Below, one piece after another: positions 19,369-28,272 of a stretch of DNA of 32,000 nucleotides (positions are counted from its first letter, which is position 1; every line of letters begins with the position of its first letter). Position numbers and translations under genes: made by a program. The notes beneath the pieces are model-generated. The model searched no databases, had not been told where the DNA came from, and saw nothing but the letters and a program-made list of their open reading frames with translations. This DNA is from Candidatus Dwaynesavagella gallinarum (GTDB lineage Bacteria > Bacillota > Clostridia > Clostridiales > Clostridiaceae): positions 4,335 to 36,334 of the forward strand of contig DWVN01000086.1 in the NCBI GenBank assembly GCA_019120235.1, in the 5' to 3' direction.

Positions 19369-20496
19369 ATGAAAAAAAATATTAAGAAAATTGTTCTTGG
19401 TAGTTTGTTATCGTTGTCGTTGTGTTTGGGTGGTTTTTCTGCTTATGCTGAAACTAAGGAAGAATATTTGGATAGTTTTTTAGATAGTGTTTACAGTATT
19501 ATGCTTAATAGAGAAGCAGATGAAGAAGGTAAATCATATTGGAGTGGAAAAATATTAAGTGGAGATATAGGAATTTTAGATTTCCTAAATCAAATATTAA
19601 GTCAGGAAGAGTTTTCGAGTTTAAGTATTTCATCTGAAGATTTTATAACTAAGAATTACAATCTTTTAATAAATAGAGAACCAGATGAAGATGGATTTAA
19701 TTATTGGATGAGTCAGTTAGGAGAAAGCAGCACTAAAGAACAACAACTTAATTTAATAAATCAAATGGCTCATAGTGAAGAATTTATTGGCAAAATAAAT
19801 GAAATGGGAATAGTTTTTAAGATATATGAGGAAGAAAAACCAGTAGTTGTTCCGGAACAACTTAGTGATATTGATATTTTTATAAGAGATGCGTATGAAC
19901 ATATTTTAGGACGTCAGTATGATCAAGAAGGTTTTAATTATTGGAAAGGACAATTAACATCTCAAGATAAAGGTGCTATTGATTTGATTAATCAATTTAT
20001 ATCTCTTGATGAGTTTAAAGCTAGAAATTTAACAGATCAGCAATTTATAGGAGCAATGTATGAGGTGTTGTTTAATAGAACAGCTGATCAAGATGGATTA
20101 AATTATTGGAATTCAATTTATCAAAAAGATAAATCTTCAAATAGAATGGCAAATATTGTATTAAATATTGCTGATAATACAGAATTTTTATCAAGAATTA
20201 AAAACATGAATGTAATTTTTAAAAAGGTAGATTTGAATTTATTTTATTCAGAGCTTTTGACTACAAAAAATAATATTAGATCAATAACATCAAATCAACT
20301 TTCAGAAATAAAAATGGGCATGACTTTTTTTGATATAATAGTTAAGCTTGGTAGAACTAAAAATGTTTCTAGTGTTAATGGGGTTAACATTGCTAAGTAT
20401 ACTGTAGATGGTTCAAAAGAAATGTATTTTATATTTTCTGATCCTTCATCGACTTATAAATTTGATCCGATGGAAGTTTTAAAAGCACAAAAATAA
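19369..20496 (+). CDS. Secreted protein with four DUF4214-type repeats and a small C-terminal domain
   Basis: The true start is ATG 19369, not 19255, which would overlap hit. The signal peptide is MKKNIKKIVLGSLLSLSLCLGGFSAYA/ETKE. Four repeats have the core R-x-x-D-x-x-G-x-x-Y-W: NREADEEGKSYW, NREPDEDGFNYW, GRQYDQEGFNYW and NRTADQDGLNYW. The C-terminal roughly 100 aa (LSEIKMGMTFFDIIVKLGRT...) resemble BamE/DUF3862-type small lipoprotein domains. Confidence 0.75.
   Translation: MKKNIKKIVLGSLLSLSLCLGGFSAYAETKEEYLDSFLDSVYSIMLNREADEEGKSYWSGKILSGDIGILDFLNQILSQEEFSSLSISSEDFITKNYNLLINREPDEDGFNYWMSQLGESSTKEQQLNLINQMAHSEEFIGKINEMGIVFKIYEEEKPVVVPEQLSDIDIFIRDAYEHILGRQYDQEGFNYWKGQLTSQDKGAIDLINQFISLDEFKARNLTDQQFIGAMYEVLFNRTADQDGLNYWNSIYQKDKSSNRMANIVLNIADNTEFLSRIKNMNVIFKKVDLNLFYSELLTTKNNIRSITSNQLSEIKMGMTFFDIIVKLGRTKNVSSVNGVNIAKYTVDGSKEMYFIFSDPSSTYKFDPMEVLKAQK
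19507..20109 (+). repeat. In-frame protein-level repeats (2 x 2 DUF4214-like modules)
   Basis: Repeat cores start at 19507, 19672, 19909 and 20074. The spacings are 165, 237 and 165 nt, so a two-repeat module of 402 nt has been duplicated. Repeats 2 and 4 both end in ...M(G/N)(I/V)(V/I)FK. Confidence 0.7.
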
Positions 20497-20600
20497 TTTT
20501 AAAAAATGTAATAATTAGTTCAAAAAAAGTACATAATTAATTGTGAGATAGTTTTAAAAAAATATAATTAAATAGCTTTAAAGTATAGAATTTTTCTATA

Positions 20601-20629
20601 TTGACATAAAAAATTATTTATTGTATAAT
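20601..20629 (+). promoter_or_regulatory. Consensus sigma-A promoter of rpsU
   Basis: TTGACA (20601-20606), a 17-nt spacer, then TATAAT (20624-20629). Both hexamers are perfect. This leaves a leader of about 70 nt. Confidence 0.8.
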
Positions 20630-20700
20630 TCTAGATGAAATCGCTGACCCATATAGAGTATAAAGTTTGTATTTTGTACTAGCGGAGGGAGGGAAAATAT

Positions 20701-20877
20701 ATGTCTGAAATAAAGGTTGGAGAAAATGAATCTTTAGAGAGTGCTTTGAAAAGATTTAAGAGAAAGTGTGCACGAGCTGGAGTTTTATCTGAGGTTAAAA
20801 AGAGAGAACATTACGTTAAACCAAGTGTTAAGAGAAAGAAAAAATCTGAAGCTGCAAGAAAGCGAAAATTTAAATAG
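20701..20877 (+). CDS. rpsU: 30S ribosomal protein S21
   Basis: This gene is absent from the ORF track because it is only 58 aa. It translates to [58 protein letters not shown], a typical S21. A tandem SD GGAGGGAGGG lies at 20684-20693. Confidence 0.93.
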   Translation: MSEIKVGENESLESALKRFKRKCARAGVLSEVKKREHYVKPSVKRKKKSEAARKRKFK

Positions 20878-21044
20878 CGTATGATTAATATAGAGGAATA
20901 GCAGGATCAATTACTGTTATATTTTATGGTGATTTACACCTTCCTCGACAGCTACGAATTAAGTTATAAATATTAGTTTTGAATTATTGATTAATAGTTT
21001 TGTTGGGTAAGTGATTATGTATTAACATATTTATGGAAAAATTT

Positions 21045-21068
21045 AGAGTCACAGATTTCTGTGACTCT
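21045..21068. terminator. Hairpin terminator shared by rpsU (+) and the decarboxylase gene (-)
   Basis: AGAGTCACAG (21045-21054) pairs with CTGTGACTCT (21059-21068) around a 4-nt loop. A T-rich tract follows on the plus strand and an AAATTTTT tract follows on the minus strand. Confidence 0.75.
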
Positions 21069-22532
21069 TTAATTTTGTTCAATTATTTTTATATTTTCAA
21101 TTTTTGGATCTTCAGTTCCTTGAACAAATAAACCAATAGATTTTATATACTCAATATAGTCTATTATTTCTTGTGTTATCATTTCGCCAGGACAGAGAAT
21201 CGGAATTCCTGGTGGATATGCTAATAAAAATTCTCCGCTTATTTTGTTAGCACTTTGTTTTAATGGAATTGATTTTTTTTGTGCTTGAAATGCTTTTCTA
21301 GGAGAATAAATTTGTTCAGGAATTTTAGGCAAAACAAGTGAAAAATTTTTGAGAGTCTTACCTTTGGTAGTTTCACTTATTTCTTTAAGTGCATTTATTA
21401 ATGAATCTATACTTTCTTTTGTATCCCCAAACGATCCTACTGCAAGTCCATTATAAGCATCTGCCATTTCTAATTGTACATGATATTTTGTTGATAAAAT
21501 ATTTTCTAAATCATAACCGCTAATTCCAAGTTTTCTGCAATTAATTGTTATTTTTGTTGGGTCGAAAGCGAAAAATCCCTTTCCATTGTTTAATTCTTCT
21601 CCAAAACAATATAAATAATCTATTTTATTTATTTCATTTCTAGCGTAATTTGAAAGTTCTATTGATTTTTCTATCAAATTTTCACCATTTAAAGCTAATT
21701 GTTTTCTTGTACAGTCTAATGAAGCTAAAATTATATATGAAGGAGAGGTTGTTTGAAGTAAATTTAAAACTTGACGAACTCTACTCGGTTCAATATATTT
21801 TGATTTTACATGTAATAGAGAACCTTGTGTAAGTGAACTTGTTATTTTATGTGTGCTTTGTGCACATATATCTGCACCTGCGTCCATTGCACAAATAGGA
21901 AGTTTTTTATTGAAAATTAAATGAGGTCCATGAGCTTCATCAACTAATAGTGGAATGTTGTAAGAATGAACTACATTTGCAATATTTTTAATATCTGTTG
22001 ATACTCCGTAGTAAGTCGGATTTATTATTAAGACAGCTTTAACATCAGGATTATTTTTTAGAGATGTTTCTATTGTTTCTAATGAAATTCCATGTGAAAT
22101 AGATAAAAACTCATCAATATCTGGTTCCATATAAATTGGAATTGCACCACTTAAAATAATCCCAGCCGTTATTGATTTATGTACATTTCTAGGTATTAAA
22201 ATCTTATCCCCTTCAGAAACTGCTGACATTATCATTGCTTGAATTGCAATTGTTGTACCATTAATACACAAAAAAGAATAGTCGGAATTATATGCATCTG
22301 CAATTAATTCTTCAGCTTCTTTTATAGATGAAGTTGGATGGTGCAAACTATCAACTGATTTAAAAACAGTAACATCTATTTTAAAAGCATTTTCTCCAAT
22401 AAAATTTTTAAAATCATCTGGAATGCCAATTCCTTTTTTGTGTCCAGGAACGTGAAAAGGAATTGTATTGTTATTTACATATTTCATTAACGAATCAAAA
22501 ATTGGTGTTTTGTTTTGATCTAATTTGTACAA
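21069..22532 (-). CDS. PLP-dependent Orn/Lys/Arg decarboxylase (fold type I, SpeA/YaaO-like)
   Basis: 487 aa with a TTG start and AAAGGA SD. It carries the PFHVPGHKKG N-terminal motif and the PLP-lysine motif STHKITSSLTQGS, both typical of the OKR_DC_1 family. The substrate cannot be assigned from sequence. Confidence 0.85.
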   Translation of the reverse strand: MYKLDQNKTPIFDSLMKYVNNNTIPFHVPGHKKGIGIPDDFKNFIGENAFKIDVTVFKSVDSLHHPTSSIKEAEELIADAYNSDYSFLCINGTTIAIQAMIMSAVSEGDKILIPRNVHKSITAGIILSGAIPIYMEPDIDEFLSISHGISLETIETSLKNNPDVKAVLIINPTYYGVSTDIKNIANVVHSYNIPLLVDEAHGPHLIFNKKLPICAMDAGADICAQSTHKITSSLTQGSLLHVKSKYIEPSRVRQVLNLLQTTSPSYIILASLDCTRKQLALNGENLIEKSIELSNYARNEINKIDYLYCFGEELNNGKGFFAFDPTKITINCRKLGISGYDLENILSTKYHVQLEMADAYNGLAVGSFGDTKESIDSLINALKEISETTKGKTLKNFSLVLPKIPEQIYSPRKAFQAQKKSIPLKQSANKISGEFLLAYPPGIPILCPGEMITQEIIDYIEYIKSIGLFVQGTEDPKIENIKIIEQN

Positions 22533-22578
22533 ATATTACAACATCCTTTCAAAAAATATTTCTTATTTCCAAATCTAT

Positions 22579-22606
22579 ATAATAACACAAACTAAAATTT
22601 CTACAA
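22579..22606 (-). promoter_or_regulatory. Candidate sigma-A promoter for the decarboxylase gene
   Basis: The minus strand reads TTGTAG (plus 22601-22606), a 16-nt spacer, then TATTAT (plus 22579-22584) with an upstream TGT. Confidence 0.35.
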
Positions 22607-22706
22607 TATTTAAAATAACACTTATTAAAAAATTTTTATAGGGTGTAAAAAAATGTATAAGAAATATTTAAAAGTGTGATAATACAGACAAGGGAGTTGA
22701 TGATTA

Positions 22707-23300
22707 ATGATAAATGCTATAATAAATAGAGAAACAACAAAAGGATCAACTAAAAGATTAAGAAGAGAAGGTAAAGTTGTTGGAAATATTTATGGAATAG
22801 ATGTTTCTCCAACTAGAATAATTTTGGACGAAAAAGAGATTAAAAAATTAATATCTAATGGGGGAAATCATAATACAATCGAGATAAACGTTGAAGGCAA
22901 AAAATATAATGCTATAGTTAAAGAAATACAGAAATGTCATGCTAGCAATAGTATTTTACATATAGATTTGGAATGCTTTAATGGAGATAAAATTATTAAT
23001 GCAGAAATTCCAGTTCATTATGTAAATGAATTTATAGCTTCAAAGAATGGTGCGGTTATACAAAAAGAAAAGAGTAGCATAAAAGTTAGATGCAAAGCTA
23101 GTAAGATTCCTGATCATATAGATTTAGTTATTAAAGAACAAATGTTAGGTCATGCTATAAGAATTTCTGATATGGAAATCGGAGATGAAATTACAATCTT
23201 GGATAGTTTGGAATCTGTTGTTGCTTCAATAAATTTTGCTAAAAATACAGTAGAGGAAGTTCCGCAAGAAGATGTAAAAACTGAACCAGAAATTAGTTGA
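22707..23300 (+). CDS. rplY: 50S ribosomal protein L25 / general stress protein Ctc
   Basis: 197 aa. The N-terminus RETTKGSTKRLRREGKVVGNIYG fits the L25 signature, and the long form has an acidic C-terminal tail. AGGGAG SD at 22691-22696. Confidence 0.88.
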   Translation: MINAIINRETTKGSTKRLRREGKVVGNIYGIDVSPTRIILDEKEIKKLISNGGNHNTIEINVEGKKYNAIVKEIQKCHASNSILHIDLECFNGDKIINAEIPVHYVNEFIASKNGAVIQKEKSSIKVRCKASKIPDHIDLVIKEQMLGHAIRISDMEIGDEITILDSLESVVASINFAKNTVEEVPQEDVKTEPEIS

Positions 23301-23312
23301 TGTGATTTTATT

Positions 23313-23343
23313 AACAGTACAAATATAAGGTATTTGTACTGTT
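23313..23343 (+). terminator. Rho-independent terminator after rplY
   Basis: AACAGTACAAATA (23313-23325) pairs with TATTTGTACTGTT (23331-23343), a 13-bp perfect stem followed by TTATTTAT. Confidence 0.85.
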
Positions 23344-23395
23344 TTATTTATATATTTGTAGTATAATTTCTTTGTAAAATTATTTTCTTGATGAG

Positions 23396-25138
23396 GTGGC
23401 AATTGTGTATAAAGATTTAATTGATAAATGGTTGTCTTCAGAAAAAATAGATGAAGATTTTAAAAAAGAGATATACGATTTGGATGAAAAAGAATTAGAA
23501 GATAGATTTTATAAAGAATTAGAATTTGGTACTGGTGGACTTAGAGGGATTATAGGTTCAGGTGTTAATAGAGTAAATATTTATACAATTGGTAAAGTTA
23601 CTCAAGGTTATGCAAATTTTTTAAAGAGTAACTTTAAAAATGAAGAAATAAGTGTTGCTATAGCTTATGACTCAAGAATAAAATCAGATGAATTTGCCAA
23701 AAGAGCAGCGCTTATTTTTGCGGCAAATAATATAAAAGTTTATTTATATGAAAGTTTACGACCTACACCAATGCTTTCTTTTGCATTAAGAGAATTGAAA
23801 TGTAAGGGAGGAGTTGTTATAACTGCTTCTCATAATCCTAAAGAATATAGCGGATATAAGGTATATGGTGAGGATGGTGGTCAACTAACAGATGATTTAG
23901 CTAAAAAAGTATATAGTTATATTTGTGATGTTAATATTTTTGATGATATTAAGATTGTAGATGAAAAGGTTGCGCTTGAATCTTCAAAACTTGAATATAT
24001 TGGTGAAAAAATAGACAATATTTATATAGAAAAAGTTAAAGACTTAGTAATTAGAAAAGATTTAGTAAGAGATAATTCAAAGGATTTAAAAATAGTTTAT
24101 ACACCATTGCATGGTAGTGGATATATGCCTGTAACAAGAGTATTAAATGAGTTAGGATATGATAATTTAAAAATTGTTGAAGAACAAAAAAGTCCTGATG
24201 GTAATTTTACTACTGTTCCATATCCTAATCCAGAGTTAGAAGAAGTATTTGATTTAGCTATTAAGTTTGCAGAAGTTAATGATTCGGATATAATTTTTGC
24301 AACTGATCCAGATTGTGACAGAGTTGGTGTTGTTGTTAAGGATAAAAATGATAAATATAAACTTTTAACAGGAAATCAAATTGGTATTTTGTTATCAGAG
24401 TATATATTGATGTCACTTAGTGAAAAAAATCAGCTAGATAACAATGGAACTATTATTAAAACTATTGTTAGTACTGATGTTGTTAAAGATATATGTGATA
24501 AATATAATGTTGAACTTTTAGAAGTTTTAACTGGATTTAAATATATAGGTGAAAAAATAAAAGAATTCGAAGAGAATGGTAACCAAAAGTATATTTTTGG
24601 ATTTGAAGAAAGTTATGGTTATTTAATGGGAACTTTCGTAAGAGATAAAGATGCAGTTATAGCAGTTAATATTATATCTGAGATGGCTTTGTATTATAAG
24701 AAAATAGGAAAAACGTTAAATTGTGCTTTAGAAGATTTGTATAAAAAATATGGTTTTTCTTCTGAAGAACTTATTTCCATAGAGCTTAAGGGTAAAGAAG
24801 GTCAGGATAAAATTTCAAGATGTTTGGAAACGTTAAGGAACATGGACAAAATACAAATAGAAGGTATGGAGATTTATAAAATTCAAGATTATAAGCTCAG
24901 TATTGAGAAAGATTTATCAAATGGAAATGTAGAAAAAATATCATTACCAATTTCTAATGTTTTTAAAGTTATATTTAAAGATAAAAGTTGGTTTGCAGTT
25001 AGACCATCAGGGACGGAACCTAAAATGAAGATTTATTTATCTGTTAGAGGTATTGATGAAAAATCTTTAAGTTTGAATATGAATCAGTTTAAAGAAAACG
25101 TTCTAGATTTAATAGAAAAATGTATGAATCAAAATTAG
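23396..25138 (+). CDS. pgcA: Alpha-phosphoglucomutase / phospho-sugar mutase (PgcA-like)
   Basis: About 580 aa. The sequence has FGTGGLRG, the catalytic-serine loop TASHNPKEYSGYKVY, DPDCDR and RPSGTEPK. The start is ambiguous. The track's GTG 23396 lies inside an SD-like GAGGTGG (23394-23400), so GTG 23405 is an equally good start. Confidence 0.88.
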   Translation: MAIVYKDLIDKWLSSEKIDEDFKKEIYDLDEKELEDRFYKELEFGTGGLRGIIGSGVNRVNIYTIGKVTQGYANFLKSNFKNEEISVAIAYDSRIKSDEFAKRAALIFAANNIKVYLYESLRPTPMLSFALRELKCKGGVVITASHNPKEYSGYKVYGEDGGQLTDDLAKKVYSYICDVNIFDDIKIVDEKVALESSKLEYIGEKIDNIYIEKVKDLVIRKDLVRDNSKDLKIVYTPLHGSGYMPVTRVLNELGYDNLKIVEEQKSPDGNFTTVPYPNPELEEVFDLAIKFAEVNDSDIIFATDPDCDRVGVVVKDKNDKYKLLTGNQIGILLSEYILMSLSEKNQLDNNGTIIKTIVSTDVVKDICDKYNVELLEVLTGFKYIGEKIKEFEENGNQKYIFGFEESYGYLMGTFVRDKDAVIAVNIISEMALYYKKIGKTLNCALEDLYKKYGFSSEELISIELKGKEGQDKISRCLETLRNMDKIQIEGMEIYKIQDYKLSIEKDLSNGNVEKISLPISNVFKVIFKDKSWFAVRPSGTEPKMKIYLSVRGIDEKSLSLNMNQFKENVLDLIEKCMNQN

Positions 25139-25146
25139 GAGAATTT

Positions 25147-26232
25147 ATGAATTATAGTGTAAATGATAGACTTTCAAAATTGATATTTATTGAATTAAAA
25201 GATTTAACAGTACTTAAAAAAATTAATTCAAATTTATATAAAAAGCTAGAGGGAAAAGAAGTTCTTTTCCCTGTAGATTTAAAAATGGTTACGGATAAAG
25301 AAAATCCTAAAAGAAGTGATCTTACAATGGATAAGTTTTTTGTAGGGATGCTTTTATGTATTGGTGGTAATGAAGAATTTATTTATAACGTTTATTATGA
25401 AGAAATAATTTTAGATTTTGACAGCAGTCAGGAATTTTATAAAGGATATATTTATTCACTTATACAAAAAAATGAGTTATTTGAAGCGTACATAATGCTT
25501 AAGGGACTATCAAAAATTTATTTTAATGACGAGTATAAAGAAAAATTGATAGTAGTTTTATTTAATTTAAAAGACAAAAGTGATTTTTTAAATTACGAAT
25601 TTAAATTACAAATTGAAGATGCGATTAAAAATTATAGAAATTTTAATAAAGCGTATTTGTATAAATCCATGATGGAACGAGATGAGGGAAATTATATTTT
25701 AGCGTTAGAAAGTATAGATACGTACATTAAAAAATCTAATGATGGTGAAAATGAGGAAATTAAAAATTATAGGAAGCAACTTATAAGTTATAAAAATTAT
25801 GAAGATGGTAAAGAAAAAATATATTCTTCTCCTAAAGAGGCTTTGGAAAAGTTAATTCCATTGACTGATATTTTTAATAATGATGCATTGCTTTATTATT
25901 ATATTGCTATAGCTTGTAGAAAATTGGAAATGTATGAACAGGCGATTTATTATTTAGAATGTTCTAGGAAAATTGATATTGATATTGTTGAAGTAGTAAA
26001 TGAAATTGGTTTAAATTACGCAAGTTTAAATATGTATGATAAAGCTATAAATTATTTTGAAACTGTTTTTAAAGTTACGAATGCAGTAGAAGTATGTACA
26101 AATATAATAATGTGTTATTTTAAGCTAAATGAAATTGAAAAGATGAATAAGTATTTTAATATAGCGAGAAGTATAAATAAAGATGATGAAGTATTGAAAG
26201 AATTGGAAAATTTTATCCTTGGAATGAGGTAA
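25147..26232 (+). CDS. Cytoplasmic TPR-like repeat protein of unknown function
   Basis: I prefer ATG 25147, with AGGAG at 25137-25141 overlapping the pgcA stop. 361 aa, with no TM helix or signal peptide. The C-terminal third has TPR-like helical pairs (ALLYYYIAIACRKLEMYEQAIYYLECS, IGLNYASLNMYDKAINYFETV). Confidence 0.6.
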   Translation: MNYSVNDRLSKLIFIELKDLTVLKKINSNLYKKLEGKEVLFPVDLKMVTDKENPKRSDLTMDKFFVGMLLCIGGNEEFIYNVYYEEIILDFDSSQEFYKGYIYSLIQKNELFEAYIMLKGLSKIYFNDEYKEKLIVVLFNLKDKSDFLNYEFKLQIEDAIKNYRNFNKAYLYKSMMERDEGNYILALESIDTYIKKSNDGENEEIKNYRKQLISYKNYEDGKEKIYSSPKEALEKLIPLTDIFNNDALLYYYIAIACRKLEMYEQAIYYLECSRKIDIDIVEVVNEIGLNYASLNMYDKAINYFETVFKVTNAVEVCTNIIMCYFKLNEIEKMNKYFNIARSINKDDEVLKELENFILGMR

Positions 26233-26235
26233 AAT

Positions 26236-26982
26236 ATGTATGTAGATTTAACCGGATATAAAATATATGTTGGAAGCAAGAAAGATTTAGTATTAAAGCT
26301 ACAAAAATACCTAATTGATCAAGAGTGTTTTGATAAATTAAATATAGTTTCTGGAAATCCAGAAGTTTTATTAAATGGAATAGAAAATAAAGAATTGAAT
26401 GGATTTTTCAAAAGGGAAGATAGTTTAATAATACCAGATGGTGTGGGTGTTATTGTGTTGTTAAAAATTTTTAAAAAATATGTTACAGAAAAAATTGCAG
26501 GTATTGAGATAATGGAAGAAGTTCTGAAAATTTTAAATAATAGTTTTTCGAGTGCATATTTTTTAGGGGCAACGTCTGAAAATTTGAAACTTGCAATTAA
26601 AAATATAAAGAAAGCATATCCTCAAATTAAAATTGAAGGTTTTCATGATGGATATTTTAATGAGGAAGAATTGACTAAAATTATAGAAGATATAAAGAAG
26701 AGTAAGCCAAAAGTATTATTTATTGCTATGGGAAGCCCTAAACAAGATATTTTTATAAGCAAGTATATGGATGAGTTGGATTGCAAAATTTTTATGGGTG
26801 TTGGTGGAAGTTTTGATTTATATTCTGGAAAAGTTAAAAGAGCACCTAAATTTATGATAAATTTGGGTTTAGAATGGTTGTATAGAGTTTTAAATGAACC
26901 ATTTAGGATAAAGAGATTAGTAAGTATACCTAAATTTATTTTTAAGAGTATTGATTATCATTTTAAGGATAGATGTAAATGA
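26236..26982 (+). CDS. tagA: WecG/TagA/CpsF family glycosyltransferase (probable UDP-ManNAc transferase for a wall-polymer linkage unit)
   Basis: 248 aa. The sequence has PDGVGV, GSPKQD and GVGGSFDLYSGKVKRAPKFMINLGLEWLYRVLNEPFRIKR, which is the hallmark C-terminus of the WecG/TagA family. Confidence 0.85.
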   Translation: MYVDLTGYKIYVGSKKDLVLKLQKYLIDQECFDKLNIVSGNPEVLLNGIENKELNGFFKREDSLIIPDGVGVIVLLKIFKKYVTEKIAGIEIMEEVLKILNNSFSSAYFLGATSENLKLAIKNIKKAYPQIKIEGFHDGYFNEEELTKIIEDIKKSKPKVLFIAMGSPKQDIFISKYMDELDCKIFMGVGGSFDLYSGKVKRAPKFMINLGLEWLYRVLNEPFRIKRLVSIPKFIFKSIDYHFKDRCK

Positions 26983-28256
26983 CCAATATTTTATTTGTTT
27001 CATGTTATTCAACAGATATAAATAATTCTGCAAGTATAGAATTAATTTATTATATAAATTTATTAGCTAAAAGTGGTAAGTTTAATGTTCATCTTTTAAC
27101 TATGGATTTTCCTAATAACACTATTTATTATGATTCAGAGATTTCAAAATTTGTACATAAAAATGTTGTAGTACATAGAGTTAAAGGCGGTATTATTCTT
27201 GATAGAATGTTACCAAGAGTGTCTTTTAATAGTGATAAAAAGGAATTTAAAAATTATAAATCTATTTTGATAAAAGTTAAAAATATTGTGACTATGGTTG
27301 ATCCATATATTTCATGGACGTATAAAGCTTTTAAATATTTTAAAGAAAATTTAAATGATATAAAATTTGATATTATATTAGGAATGCATGAACCACCATC
27401 CAGTTTAATTTGTAGTTATAAAATAAAAGATTTTATAAAAAAAAATAATCTTAATATTAAGCTTATATCATATTTTAGTGATCCTTATTGCAATGAGTTA
27501 AGTAGGAAAAAGAGAAGTTTTTTTATTAGGAAGTTGAATGAGGTTATAGAGAAAAAAATAGTAAGAAAAAGCGATAAATTTTTATTTGTTACGCAAAATA
27601 ATTTTGAATATTATAAAGATAAATATGGTATAAATTCAAATAATATGGAATTAATTCATAGGTGTTTTGATAAAGAAATTTACAAAAATTGTGATAAAAG
27701 TTATCCAATAGAATTTTCAAAAAGTAAAATAAATTTGTTGCACGCTGGAGATATTGTGAGTGGAATGAGAGATGTAACAAATTTTATTAAGGCTTTAGAT
27801 TGCATAAATCAAAATTATAATGAAAAATTTAAAAAATTAAATATAAATTTCTATGGTAATATAAATGATTTTAATCAGGAAAAATTAGTTAAAAGTAAAG
27901 ATTATATTTGTTTTAAACATAGGGTTTCATATTCTAAAATTATTAATTTTATGATTAATTCTGATGTTCTTATTATATTTGCAAATAAAGAGTTTAAACA
28001 AATACCAGCTAAAATATATGACTATATGGGGACTAATTCGTATATTTTGATTATTTTTGAGAGTTATGAAGATCCATTATATAAGTTGGTTAAAAACATT
28101 GAAGGAGTAATATGTGTTTTAAATAATTGTGATGACATTGTTATAATGTTGATGAATTTGATAGATAGTTTTAATGTAAATAGCTATTTTGATAGAAGTA
28201 ATTTTAATAATAATGAAGATATTTATAAAAAATTAGAAAATGTTTTTTATAAGTAA
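26979..28256 (+). CDS. Putative GT-B fold glycosyltransferase (divergent, family unassigned)
   Basis: 425 aa. The ATG overlaps the tagA stop (ATGA). The N-terminus ILFVSCYS..., a mid-protein LLHAGD and the C-terminal PAKIYDYMGTNSYILII resemble GT4-like enzymes, but no clear EX7E motif is present. Confidence 0.5.
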   Translation: MTNILFVSCYSTDINNSASIELIYYINLLAKSGKFNVHLLTMDFPNNTIYYDSEISKFVHKNVVVHRVKGGIILDRMLPRVSFNSDKKEFKNYKSILIKVKNIVTMVDPYISWTYKAFKYFKENLNDIKFDIILGMHEPPSSLICSYKIKDFIKKNNLNIKLISYFSDPYCNELSRKKRSFFIRKLNEVIEKKIVRKSDKFLFVTQNNFEYYKDKYGINSNNMELIHRCFDKEIYKNCDKSYPIEFSKSKINLLHAGDIVSGMRDVTNFIKALDCINQNYNEKFKKLNINFYGNINDFNQEKLVKSKDYICFKHRVSYSKIINFMINSDVLIIFANKEFKQIPAKIYDYMGTNSYILIIFESYEDPLYKLVKNIEGVICVLNNCDDIVIMLMNLIDSFNVNSYFDRSNFNNNEDIYKKLENVFYK

Positions 28257-28272
28257 TTATAAGGAGTTACAT

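Noticed and set aside
20501-20570. Three imperfect A-rich direct repeats (AAAAAATGTAATAATTAG / AAAAAAAGTACATAATTAAT / AAAAAAATATAATTAAAT) downstream of the DUF4214 gene
   Set aside because: They are short, imperfect and irregularly spaced, and are built almost entirely of A/T in a very AT-rich genome. They cannot be distinguished from chance by eye.
22533-22706. A sigma-B type promoter (GTTTAA-N12-14-GGGTAT) upstream of the ctc/rplY homologue, as in B. subtilis
   Set aside because: Only GGGTGT at about 22641-22646 resembles the -10, and no GTTTAA-like -35 lies at the right distance. An extended -10 (TGTGATAAT, 22675-22683) is a simpler explanation.
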